A DNA stretch of 28,036 bases from a virus (IMGVR_UViG_3300046311_000132:1-28036), one strand, 5' to 3'. Counted from the first letter of the stretch, positions 16,123-27,300 are shown. Notes: generated by a model from the sequence alone, not told the origin. Translations and numbers: made by a program.

Positions 16123-18350
16123 GTTCGCGCGCCCTTCTGCGCTCCTTCGCCGGCGGGGAGATCACCCCCGAGCTATACGGGCGCATCGACCTCAGCAAGT
16201 ACCAGACAGGCCTGGCCAAGTGCCTGAACTTCAGGGTGCTGCCGCACGGCCCGGCCCAGCGCCGCCCTGGGTTCAAGTTCATCAACCAGGTCAAGGACAG
16301 CACCCGCGCGGTCCGCCTGATCCCGTTCGCCTTCTCAGCGGACCAGACGGTCGTGTTGGAGTTCGGGCATCAGTACATCCGCTTCCACCCCAACGGCCAG
16401 ACGCTGCTCGAGGCCAACGCGGCCGTCGTCAGCATCGTGGCCGGGGTGGTCACCGTCACCGCCCACGGCTGGAGCACAGGCGACTGGGTCTACATCGGTG
16501 GGCGGTTCTTCATCATCACTGTGACCGGGGTCAACACCTTCACGGTGACGGGCCTGCGCGGTGAGGCGGCAACAGCCAGCGGCACCACCGCGGCCCGGGT
16601 CTACACCCTGGCCACCACTTACGCGTCCACCGACTTGATGGACATCCACTACGCCCAGAACAGCGACGTGCTGACCCTGGTGCACCCCACCTACCCCGCC
16701 AAGGAACTCAAGCGCCTGGGCGCCACCAACTGGACGTTGACCGACATCAGCTTCGCGCCAAGCGCGACGGTGCCTGTCGGTGTCGGCGCGGGGGCCACGG
16801 TGGCGGTTGCCACGAACCTGACCCCGCAGCACTACAAAGTCACCGCGGTCCTGGCTGACAACGTCACCGAAACGCTGGCCAGCGCCGACGCGACCTGCAC
16901 CAACAACCTGACCCTGGCGGGCAACCTCAACACGATCAGCTGGTCGGCCTACACCGGCGCGACCCGGTACAACGTCTACAAGCAGCGCGGCGGCACCTAC
17001 GGCTACATCGGCAACACGGTGACGCTGAGCCTGGTGGACGACAACATCACCGCCGACACGCTGAAGACCCCGCCCGAGGACATCTACAAACTGAACACCG
17101 GGGTGGGGGATTACCCCAACGCGGTCACCTACCACGAGCAGCGCCGCTGGTTTGCGGGCACCACGCTTGAGCCCCAGAACGTCTGGGCCACGCGCAACGG
17201 CACCGAGTCCAACATCACCTCGAGCCTGCCCAGCCAGGCCGATGACGGCCTTGAGTTCCGCATCGCCAGCCGGCAGCAGAACGCCATCCGCCACCTAGTG
17301 CCACTGTCCGACATGCTGGCCCTGACGGTGGGCGCTGAGTTCCGCATCTTCGCCGACGGCGCGCCCGCCATCAGCCCAGACTCGCTCAGCATCAAACCCC
17401 AAGGGTACAGCGGGGCCAGCAACGTGCAGCCCGTGGTCACCAGCGGGTCTGTGCTCTACGTGCAGTCCCAGGGCGCGCGCTTGCGTGAGGCGGCCTACAA
17501 CTGGCAGCAGAACGCCTTCGCGTCCATCGACATCAGCATCATGGCGCCGCACCTGTTCAACGGGTTCACACTCAAGGACATGGCCTACAGCCGGGCCCCC
17601 GTGCCCGAGGTCTGGTGCGTGCGGTCCGACGGCGCTGCGCTGTGCATGACCTATGTGCCCGAGCAGCAGGTCTACGGCTGGAGTCAGCACACCACTGACG
17701 GGCTGATCGAGTCGGTATGTACCGTGAGCGAGGGCAGCGAGGACGTGCCCTACTTCCTGATCAAGCGCACAATCGGTGGCGTCGACTACCGCTACATCGA
17801 GCGCTTGCAGACGCGCATCTTCACCGACCAGGCCGACGGGTTCTACGTGGACAGCGGGCTGACTTACGACAGCGTGCCGGTCACCACGATCACAGGCCTG
17901 TGGCACCTTGAGGGTAAGACGGTGCAGATCCTGGCCGACGGCGCGGTCCACCCCGACCGCACGGTGGTGGACGGCAGCGTCACCCTGGAGGCTGCGGCCT
18001 ACACCGTGCACGCAGGCCTGGCCTACAACTCGGACCTGCAGACCCTGCCCCTGTCACTCGAAGGCGCAGCGGCCGGTGGCCAGGGCGTGCTGAAGAACGT
18101 CAACAGCGTGAGGGCACGAGTCACCCAGTCGGCGCTGTTCAACTCCGGGCCTTCCTTCAGCAAGCTGACGCCTTACGCCGACCGCCAGGTCAGCGACAAC
18201 TACGACATGCCCCCGGCGTTGCGCACCAACGAACTGCGCATGACGGTCGCCGCAAGCTGGAACAGCGACGCCGCCGTGTGCGTGCGGGTCGACAAGCCGG
18301 TGCCTCTCACCGTCATGGCGATGGTGCTGGATGTCGCAACCGGCGGTTAA
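16119..18350 (+). CDS. Tail tubular protein B / nozzle (T7 gp12-like)
   Basis: ATG 16119 (ATGA overlap). SFAGGEITPEL.GR.D, RRPG, LIPF.FS..Q..VLEFG..YIRF, YP.AV...EQR..FAG and GW..H.T.G. Includes a short FCCH-like insert (AHGWSTGD.V). Confidence 0.92.
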   Translation: MSSRALLRSFAGGEITPELYGRIDLSKYQTGLAKCLNFRVLPHGPAQRRPGFKFINQVKDSTRAVRLIPFAFSADQTVVLEFGHQYIRFHPNGQTLLEANAAVVSIVAGVVTVTAHGWSTGDWVYIGGRFFIITVTGVNTFTVTGLRGEAATASGTTAARVYTLATTYASTDLMDIHYAQNSDVLTLVHPTYPAKELKRLGATNWTLTDISFAPSATVPVGVGAGATVAVATNLTPQHYKVTAVLADNVTETLASADATCTNNLTLAGNLNTISWSAYTGATRYNVYKQRGGTYGYIGNTVTLSLVDDNITADTLKTPPEDIYKLNTGVGDYPNAVTYHEQRRWFAGTTLEPQNVWATRNGTESNITSSLPSQADDGLEFRIASRQQNAIRHLVPLSDMLALTVGAEFRIFADGAPAISPDSLSIKPQGYSGASNVQPVVTSGSVLYVQSQGARLREAAYNWQQNAFASIDISIMAPHLFNGFTLKDMAYSRAPVPEVWCVRSDGAALCMTYVPEQQVYGWSQHTTDGLIESVCTVSEGSEDVPYFLIKRTIGGVDYRYIERLQTRIFTDQADGFYVDSGLTYDSVPVTTITGLWHLEGKTVQILADGAVHPDRTVVDGSVTLEAAAYTVHAGLAYNSDLQTLPLSLEGAAAGGQGVLKNVNSVRARVTQSALFNSGPSFSKLTPYADRQVSDNYDMPPALRTNELRMTVAASWNSDAAVCVRVDKPVPLTVMAMVLDVATGG

Positions 18351-18789
18351 GTACCGCGAGCCTACCAGGGCCGACGCCGCCGAACTGGCGGCGAACCTGC
18401 GCCCGCAGGACCTGGCCGAGCTACGCGCGCTGGGCTTCACCGACATGGCGCACGTGGTCACACACTGCGTGCTGCTATCCGACTGGGCCCTGGCCGCGCG
18501 GGTAGACGGCGCGCTGGCGTGCATCTTCGGGGTGGGCCAGGGCGGGTCCCCCTGGATGCTGGGCACTGATGTCGTGGCAAGGCATTCCCGTAGCCTTGCC
18601 CGGGAAGCCCCCCGGTACATTCGCATGATGCTGGAAGACAACCCCCGGCTGGTCAACCGCGTCCACGCGCGCAACAGCGTGGCCGTGCGTTGGCTTCAAC
18701 GTGTTGGGTTCACCCTGCACCCCGCGACGCCGGAGCAGAACGGCGAGATGTTCCACACCTTTGAGATGTCCGCAAATGGAGATCGTTGA
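18331..18789 (+). CDS. GNAT-fold internal virion protein A-like (T7 gp13 position)
   Basis: LR..D..EL, PWMLGTD, N.V...N..AVRWL..VGF motifs. Directly after the nozzle gene. Confidence 0.82.
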   Translation: MSQPAVKYREPTRADAAELAANLRPQDLAELRALGFTDMAHVVTHCVLLSDWALAARVDGALACIFGVGQGGSPWMLGTDVVARHSRSLAREAPRYIRMMLEDNPRLVNRVHARNSVAVRWLQRVGFTLHPATPEQNGEMFHTFEMSANGDR

Positions 18790-19216
18790 ACTCTTTTCCG
18801 GGCGGGTGACCACCTTCTCACGCAGGAAGATGCGGACCCTCGAGGCGAAGCTCAGCAAGCTGCCGCAGCTGCCCCCCGAGGCAAGGCCCGTGCGCCACAT
18901 CTTCGCGCCGGGTGTCTACTTGCGCGAGATATTCTTGATGCCAGGCGCCTGCGCCACGGGGGCCATCCACCGGTTCGACCACGCGTGCATGTCGCTCGGC
19001 GACATCTCGGTGTATAGCCAGGACGGGGGCCTCAAGCGCATCACCGGCTGCGAGACTTTCGTGTCCACCGCAGGCGTGAAGCGCGCGGTCTTCGTGCACG
19101 CGCCCACCTGGTTCACCACCATCCACGCCAACCCGACCAATGAGCGCGACCCCGAGAAACTGGCGGCCATGTTCACCGTTGAGGACTGGGCCCAACTGCC
19201 CGGGGTGACGCAATGA
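18776..19216 (+). CDS. Cupin-fold phage protein
   Basis: ATG 18776. HIFAPGVYLREI...G....GAIH...H and G.KRA......WFTTIH motifs. Confidence 0.75.
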   Translation: MEIVELFSGRVTTFSRRKMRTLEAKLSKLPQLPPEARPVRHIFAPGVYLREIFLMPGACATGAIHRFDHACMSLGDISVYSQDGGLKRITGCETFVSTAGVKRAVFVHAPTWFTTIHANPTNERDPEKLAAMFTVEDWAQLPGVTQ

Positions 19217-19743
19217 GCTACTGGGTGATGGGCGCCCTCGTTGTGTCCACCGTGGTGAACGCCTCGGCGCAGCACACCCAGGGGCAGGTCGCCAAGAAGG
19301 TCGGGCGCAACAACCAACTGCTGGCCGAGCAGGCCGCGCAGGACGCCGAGCGCCGGGGCAACGAGACCGCGATGATGGTGCGCCGCAAGGGCAACCAAGT
19401 GCTTGGGGCCCAGCGCGCAGCGCAGGCGGCCTCGGGCCTGGACCTGGGCGTCGGCACCGCCGCTGAACTGCAGGAGCAGACCTCGTTCTTCAGCGACACC
19501 GACCAGAAGACCGCGCGCATGAACGCCGCCAGGGAAGCCTGGAGCGCCCGCGCGCAGGGCGCCAACTTCAGGTTCCAGGGCGACGCCGCAGCGTCGAACG
19601 CAGACATGGGCGCGATGGGCACCTTGATCGGCGGGGCCAGCCAAGTGGCCGGCCGCTGGTATCAGTACGGCGGCACCCCCGCGCCACGCAACACCAACAG
19701 CGGGCTCGATCTCAGCTACGCCAAGAACCCAGGGGGCCGTTGA
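19213..19743 (+). CDS. Internal virion/ejection protein (T7 gp14-like)
   Basis: Hydrophobic N-terminus and A.DA.RRG...G.QRA..AASG.DL..GTA motif. Confidence 0.82.
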   Translation: MSYWVMGALVVSTVVNASAQHTQGQVAKKVGRNNQLLAEQAAQDAERRGNETAMMVRRKGNQVLGAQRAAQAASGLDLGVGTAAELQEQTSFFSDTDQKTARMNAAREAWSARAQGANFRFQGDAAASNADMGAMGTLIGGASQVAGRWYQYGGTPAPRNTNSGLDLSYAKNPGGR

Positions 19744-21332
19744 TGGCACGCGTCCCAACCTACGGGGGCCCGCAACTCGAGAGCACCGGCCTTCGGCCCG
19801 CGTTCCAGTCGGCACCCGACGTCAGCAGTGGCTTGCAGCAGGTCGCCCGGGGCGTCAGCGTCGCAGGCAACGAGATCGACCAGATTCAGCAGCGCGACGC
19901 GCAGGACGAGGCGTTCAAGCTGGAGGCCAGCCTGCGCAATGAGTGGCAGGTCACCCGGTCCAAGCTGCGTGAGCAGTACAAAGGCGACAACGTCGCGCAG
20001 TACCTGACCGAGTCCGACGCCTGGTGGAAGGACGCCGAGCAGCGCTACGGTCAGACCGCGTCGCCGCTGGCGCGCCGGCTGGCAGACCGCAGCCTGTCGA
20101 CCCTGCGCGTGCAGGCCAACACCGACACCCTGGGCTATGTCGAGGGCGAGCGTAAGACCACGCGCCGCGTCAACTTCGAGACCTCGCAGAACGCCAAGGC
20201 GCGCGACTTCGCCAACGCGGTGACGCCCGAGAACGCTGTCGCGCAAGGGCGCACTGCTGCTGCCGAGATCAACGAGGCGGCGATCCGCTACGCCGCAGGC
20301 GAGGGCCTGGACTCTGACGTCGGCAAGGCCCTGGCGCAGGCCCAGCTGGACAAGTTCCACGCTGCTGTTGCGCTGTCGCTGGCCGACCGCAACGCGGGGG
20401 CCGCCAAGGACTACCTGAAGGAGTTCGGCGGTGCGCTGCCCCTGGAGGTGCGCAACCGGGTGAACGACGGAGTGACCCGCGCGTTCAATGAGCAAGAAGG
20501 CAAGCGCATGGCCGACGCCAGCGCAGGCCTGCCCCTGGCCGAGCAGTTGAAGAAGGGGTCGACCATCACCGACCCGATGCTGCGCGAGTCCTACGACAAG
20601 CACGTGCAGTTGAACTTCGGCCGGCTGAAGGTCGCCAAGCAGGAGGTCGAACAGAAGGCCGCCGACACCGCCTGGACGATGTACGTGGACAAAGGCAAGA
20701 AGGTGCCGTCGGCTATCCGTGAAGCGATGGGCGAGACCAACCTACAGCAGCTGATCCGCTTCGAGCAGGAGCGCGCCAGGCACTGGGCTTCCCAAGGCAA
20801 CGCCGCGGTGAAGACCGACCCGGCTACCCACCGCAACCTTTGGGCGTTGATGGGCGACGACCCTGAGAAGTTCAAGACAACCGACCTTCGCCCCTACGGC
20901 ATGAAGCTGTCGGGTGAAGACTACGAGCAGCTGTCCACGCGCCAACAGGCCATGCGAACGGGCAAGGGCCAGAAGGACATGCTGCCGTTCACCAGCAAAA
21001 TCAACGCCACCATCGAGATGAACGAGTGGGTGGGGCCGAAGAACGCCGACAAGCGCGGCGCGTTCCGGCGCGCGGCCCAGCTGGACTGGGAGCGCCTGAC
21101 TGCAGGCGGCAAGACGCTCACCCCAACTCAAGAGGATGAATTGCTGGACAACCTGCTGAAGGACATCGTCATCAAACCAGGCAGCTGGTGGGACACCAAG
21201 GGCCCCGCCTACAGCGCGCCGAAAGACGTGCGCGCGGCCGCGCAGCAGTTTGAGGTCGGCAAGGTCTACACCGACGCCAACGGCAACAAGGCCCGGTTCA
21301 AAGGCGGCGGCAAGTGGGAAGACGTGAAGTGA
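19743..21332 (+). CDS. Internal virion/ejection protein (gp15-like position)
   Basis: 529 aa, starts MARVPTY, predominantly helical, coupled to both neighbours. Confidence 0.8.
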   Translation: MARVPTYGGPQLESTGLRPAFQSAPDVSSGLQQVARGVSVAGNEIDQIQQRDAQDEAFKLEASLRNEWQVTRSKLREQYKGDNVAQYLTESDAWWKDAEQRYGQTASPLARRLADRSLSTLRVQANTDTLGYVEGERKTTRRVNFETSQNAKARDFANAVTPENAVAQGRTAAAEINEAAIRYAAGEGLDSDVGKALAQAQLDKFHAAVALSLADRNAGAAKDYLKEFGGALPLEVRNRVNDGVTRAFNEQEGKRMADASAGLPLAEQLKKGSTITDPMLRESYDKHVQLNFGRLKVAKQEVEQKAADTAWTMYVDKGKKVPSAIREAMGETNLQQLIRFEQERARHWASQGNAAVKTDPATHRNLWALMGDDPEKFKTTDLRPYGMKLSGEDYEQLSTRQQAMRTGKGQKDMLPFTSKINATIEMNEWVGPKNADKRGAFRRAAQLDWERLTAGGKTLTPTQEDELLDNLLKDIVIKPGSWWDTKGPAYSAPKDVRAAAQQFEVGKVYTDANGNKARFKGGGKWEDVK

Positions 21333-24300
21333 GCTTCGACCCCAACACCGCGCGCCTGGACGAAGGCCCCGCACCGACACCGGCCGCAAAATCCCAGGGC
21401 CCCACCGGGCTGTTCGACCCCCGCACCGCCATCGCTGACGACGCGCCCCCGGCGCGCGAGGTCGTGCGCCAGGCGGTCAAGGTCAAGCCCGAAGCGGCGG
21501 CCGAGGCCGACCGCTTGTCACGTCGCTACCCTGCCCCCTACGAGGTGGTCAAGCGCAACGCTGACGACTTCCAGATGTTCGACATCGCCGAGCGGGTCAG
21601 CGACGAACTGAGCCAGGCGCCCCACCTCACAGCGGCCTTCAGGAACAACCCGCGCGTGGCCGAACTGGCACACGACGACGTACCCACCCTGGCCAAGATC
21701 GAGCGCACCATCGGCAACGCCACGCGCTACGTGATGGGCGCGGGCAAGACCAAGCCCGCTGACGACATCCGCGCGGCGGGTAAAGCCATCGACGAGGCCG
21801 GCGTCACCCTCGGGCTGGGCGCGACCGTCGGCGTGGGCAAGATGGCGTTCGACATTTTCGGCGCCGCCACCGACCTCCTGGGCCTGGATGGGGTGGCGGC
21901 CAGCGCGCGCAACAACGCCAACCGCGCTGGCGAGGCGATGGACGCCGAGGGCCTGCAGCCAACCACATCAACAGGCAAGGCAGTCAAGTCTGGCCTGCAG
22001 TCGGCCGGCACGAACCTGGCGCTGCTGCCTGCGGGCCTGGCGCGCGGGCTCTACGCCACCGCCTCGCAAGCCGCGACCACGGTGGCGGGTCTGATGGGCG
22101 CCGGTGTCGGCGCTGACGCCTACAACGAGGCCCGTGACAAAGGCAAAGGCAAGACGGCCTCTCTCGCCTACGGCATCCCGCAGGGTGTCTTCGAGTTCGT
22201 GTTCGAGAAAATCCCCGCGCAGAAGCTGTTCGGCGACCTGGCCAGCAACGCAGGCCTGATGCAGACGCTCAAGCACCAGGCCTTCAGCGAGGTGTGGACT
22301 GAGCAGATGACCACGCTCGCCCAGGACTTCAACACCTGGATGAACCTGAACCCCGAGCGCACGCTCGCGGACTTCATCGCCGAGCGCCCCGAGGCGGCCT
22401 ACCAAACCTTGGTGGCCACCCTGGTCGGTGTCGGTGTGCAGACCACCACTATCCACGGCATCAACAAGGCGGTGGAGAAAGCCGCCGACACCCGGCTCCA
22501 GTTCGAGCAGGACCTGCTCGAGGAGCAGATGAAGCTGGCCGCCACCTCGGCTTTGCGTGAGCGCTCGCCCGAGCAGTTCCGCACGCTGATGGCGCAGATC
22601 GTCGAGACCAGCGACGCCCCCCAGAAGTCCATCCACGTGGACGCCCAGGTGCTGAACCAACTGAGCGAAGACGTGCTGGCCCAGTTGCCCGAGTCGGTGC
22701 GTGCGCAGATTCCCGCCGAGGCCGCGAAGAACGGCACCGTCGAGATTTCAATCGCCGACGTGCTGACCGTGGCGCCGGGCACCCCGCTGGAGCAGGTCCT
22801 CAACGACAACGCGCGCATGACGCCCGAGGCCCTGTCCCGCGCGGACGCGCTGGCGGCGGGCGACAAAGCCCAGGTGCTGCGCCAGGAAGCGGAGCAAGTC
22901 ATCCAGCAGGCCCAGGACCAAGCGGCGGCTCAGGCCGACTACGACCAGGTCCAGCAGATGTACGCCCAGCAGGTGGCCGCATCGGGCCGCTACAGGCCTG
23001 CCGTGGCCGACGCCATGGGTCACTGGCTTGCCAGCTTCTACACCGCCTACGGGTCGCGCAGCGGCATGACCGCGGTCGAGATGCAGGCGCGCTACCCGGT
23101 GAGGGTGTTGGGTGAGGCGACGACCGACGCCGACGTGCTGAACGACACCGGGCTGCCTGGCGCGATCACGGTCGACGGTTACCACTTCAGCGCAGCCGCC
23201 AGGCCCACGCTGTCGACCGCGTTCTACGGCACCGGCCTCAAAGGCAGCGCCCGTGAAGAGATCACAAGCTACCCTGACAAACGGGTGGGCCAGCGCCTGT
23301 CGTTCTACGTCGACAAGGGCACCGGCATCAGGCCCGAGGCGGGCGTCGGTGGTGTCGCCCATCGGGCCAAGCTGTCGAACGTCTACGACGCCAACGCCGA
23401 CCCCTTGAAGCTGCGGAGTGGGGACGCCCGCGCGTTCGAGTCGAAGCTGCTGGACCTGGGCTACTCAGGATACCTGGACCGCATGGAAGGCGACCAACCT
23501 GGCCAGGTCGTGATGCTGGGCGACCAGGCGATCCAGGCCGAAGTGCTCGGCCCCCTGTCCAAGATCGACACCGGCGAGCGCGTGCCCGCGCTGCAGCGGA
23601 AAGAGGCCAAGTGGCAAACGATTGACGCGAACCTCACGCGCGATCAGGCCGAACGCTTGCTGGCGAAACGCCAGGCGATGTCTGCGTGGTCTGGCTATGA
23701 ACTGATGCTGCGGCCCGACAGCATGGACCCGGAGAACTTCTTCGAGATTCGGTCGCGCAAGCGGGGGGACGTGTTCGAACAGCCCGCGGTCATCGCCGGC
23801 TTGGCCCGCATCGAGAAGAACCTCACCAAGGCCGAACGCGACAAGCTGAACGCAGGCACCAGCCAGCGCTTGGTTGACCTGTTCGACAGCCTGCCTGACA
23901 CCAAGGACTTCGCCGCCGCCGCGTGGGCTGGCCGTGCCAAGCGCGGCTGGTACAAACAAAGCGCGGCCGCCATCGGCCAGATATTCGGGCCCGACGCACC
24001 ACGCTTCGCTGGCCTCCTGGCGGCGATGTCGCCCCAGACGTCGGTGCAGATCAACCTGCTCAACGCCCTGCGCACCTGGAAGAACTGGACCGACGCGGGC
24101 CGCCCCCAGACGCGCGAAGAGATTTTGCAGATCATGGGCCGGTCGGTCGAAGGCAGGGGTGGTGTTGACAGCGTGCTCGATGCGTGGGTCAACAACAGCG
24201 TGCGGGCACTCACGACCGACGCGCCGGGTGTCGACCTGCTGTCGGGCCCGAAGGTTGACTCGTTCATGCGCAACCTGCTGGGTGACGTCGAGCAGGTGAC

Positions 24301-27300
24301 CAACGACGCCTGGATGGCCAACTTCGCGCTGGTCGACCAGAAGATGTTCAAGGGCGGGTTGAACAAGACCGACGCAGGCAAAGGCCCGGGCTACCTGGCC
24401 ATGAGTGCCAAGGTGCGCGCCGCGGCCAAGATGCTGTCCGAGAAGACAGGCGAGACCTGGACCCCGGCTGAAGTTCAAGAGACAATCTGGTCCTGGGCCA
24501 AGACGTTGTACGAGGCGCAGGTCGGGGGCGTGAGCGCGACCGACATCCTGTACAACGAAGAGTTGACCGACGACATGATCCGGTCGACGCCAGACTTCAA
24601 GGGGCTATTCCATGACGAACAGTACGCCAGCATCCTCCGAGACGCAGGGTACGGCAACCAGCTTGCTGAACTCGATCCAGGGCAGCCAGCGGATGAAGCC
24701 GACCGCGCTGCAAGAGAAACAGCGCCGTTTGATAGCGCTACTCAAAGCCGACTCGAAGTCCGATCCGCAAAGCGGCTCGAAGAACTCAAGCAACGTGGCG
24801 AAGGGGTAGGTCGTGAAGAAGCCCCAGACGAAGGCGTCTACAACCAAGCCGGAGACGGAGCAGGACGGTACTCGAGCGGAGGCCTTGCGCCGCTTGAAGG
24901 TGCGCCGGCTGTCGAAGGCGCCAGCGGGCCCGACCCCCGCCTCGTCGCAGTCGCGGAAAAGTACGCGGCAAGCCAAGGCCTGACCCTCCGTCGCCAGGGA
25001 GCCTACGTCCAAGTCGACGAGGCCCGCGCCGCGCGCATCGCGCAGGCCTACGACGAGATGAAGCACGACCCGCAGGACCCTGCGGTCAAGGCGGCCTATG
25101 ACGACCTGATCAGGCAGACCCTAGCCCAGTACCTGGCGCTGCAGCAGGCCGGCTACACCTTCACCTTCTTCGACAGCAAGACCGACCCCTACGCCGGCAA
25201 CCCCTGGAACGCGATGCGCGACCTGCGGGCCAACCAGACGATGGCGGTGTACGGCACCTACGAAGGGTTCGGGTCCAGCGATCTGGACGTCAGCCAGAAC
25301 CCACTGCTGGCAGACACCGGCCTGGAGTGGCCAGACCAGAACGGGGTGATGCACCCTGTGCTGGCCAACGACTTGTTCCGCGCAGTGCATGACGCGTTCG
25401 GCCATGGGCTCGAAGGCGCGGGCTTCCGCGCGCAGGGCGAAGAGAACGCCTGGCAGGCGCACTCACGCCTGTTCACCGGCCCTGCCTTGGGCGCCATCAC
25501 CAGCGAGACCCGTGGCCAGAACAGCTGGCTGAACTACGGCCCGCACGGCGCGGCCAACCGAAACGCCAAGGTCGAGGACACGGTCTTCGCCGACCAGAAG
25601 ACCGGACTCATGCCTGAGTGGACCTGGACCGAGGGGCGCGCGCCTGACGAGCAGTCTGCCTTCGACAAGTGGTTCGGCGGCAGCAAGGTGGTGGGCGCTG
25701 ACGGCAAGCCGCTGGTGGTGTACCACGGGACTCCTGCGGACTTTGAAGCGTTCGACACCTCAAAGATTGCGCCCTACGACCCTGACGCGCGCGGCAACGG
25801 GTTCAACTTCTCAAGCGAGACCTGGGTCGCGGACCTGTTCACGCGGAGGAAGGGTTCTGTCATCCCGGCGTACCTGTCCATCAAGAACCCTGTTTCCCGC
25901 GGCAAAGCTAACGCACTTGCGGAGCGGTATTCGTTTGATGAATGGATGGCACGCCAACCGGCAGCCAACACCATCGACGACGCGGTTCGCCTTGAACTTG
26001 AGAGCATGGGGTACGACGGTATCCGGCGGTCGGCGACGCACTGGATTGCGTTCCGCCCCGAGCAGATCAAGTCGGCCATCGGCAACGACGGCACCTTCGA
26101 CGCGAACGACCCGAGCATCCTGAGCCAACGCGCCGCCACCCCCCGCGGCACGTTCAACCCCGCCACGCTGGAGTTGGTCCTCAACCCGAATGCGAACCTG
26201 AGCACGTTCTTCCACGAGACCGGCCACTTCTTCCTGGAGGTGATGGCCGACATCGCCAGCCAACCTGGCGCGCCGGCACAGATCACCGAAGACATGGCCA
26301 CGTTCCTGAAGTGGGCTGGGTTCAAAGACCTGGCCACCTGGAACGCACTCGACCTGGAAGGCAAGCGCACCGCGCACGAGCGCTGGGCCGAGAGCATCGA
26401 GCAGTACGTGATGGAGGGGCGCGCACCCAGCGTTGAACTGCAGCCGCTGATGCGCCGGTTCGCCACCTGGCTGAAGTCGGTGTACGGGTCGATCAAGGCG
26501 TTCCTCGCGTCGCGGGGGCAGGCCGCACCAGGGGGCGCAGCGCTGAATCAGTCTGCCTTCCACGGCACGCCGCACCGCTTCGACAAGTTCACCACCGACA
26601 AGATCGGCACGGGCGAGGGTGCGCAGGCTTACGGGTGGGGGCTGTACTTCGCGTCAAAGAAGGGGATCGCAGAGCACTATCGCAAGATGTTGCTGATGGC
26701 GAAGGGTGTGGACCTGTGGACGGATGAACTTCGCGCCCAGTTGCCGCCGACACGCACGCGGGCCGAGAGTGATGAGTTCAACGGCCTCAACATCAAGCTG
26801 ATTCGCAACGACAACTTGCCGGCGGCTGAAATGGCCCGCTGGCGAGAACTGAAGAACATCGACACCACGCACAACGAAGCCATCGCACGGCTTCAGCCAA
26901 AGGGCCAACTCTACGAAGTAGACATCCCCGAAGACAGCGAGATGTTGTTGTGGGACCGGCCGCTGAGTGAGCAGCCGGAAGGGGTGCGCAAGGCGCTGTC
27001 GGCGCTGATTGAATCCGATGTCGAGGCTCGGCGCATCCGCATGGTTCAAGACGGAGAAGCTGAAAGCGACGCGGCAGCGGAGGCCGTCTACTGGCGCGAG
27101 CGATACAAGAATGCGCGCGGCGGCGAAGCCTACAAAGGTGCCAGTGTCAGGCTCGGGTCTGATAAAGCCGTCAGCGAAGCCATGATGGTCGCTGGCATCA
27201 AAGGCATCAAGTACCTAGACGGCACCAGCCGCAACGCAGGCGACGGCACGCACAACTATGTGATCTTCAGCGGCGACGACGTTGCGATTCGGCAGACGTT

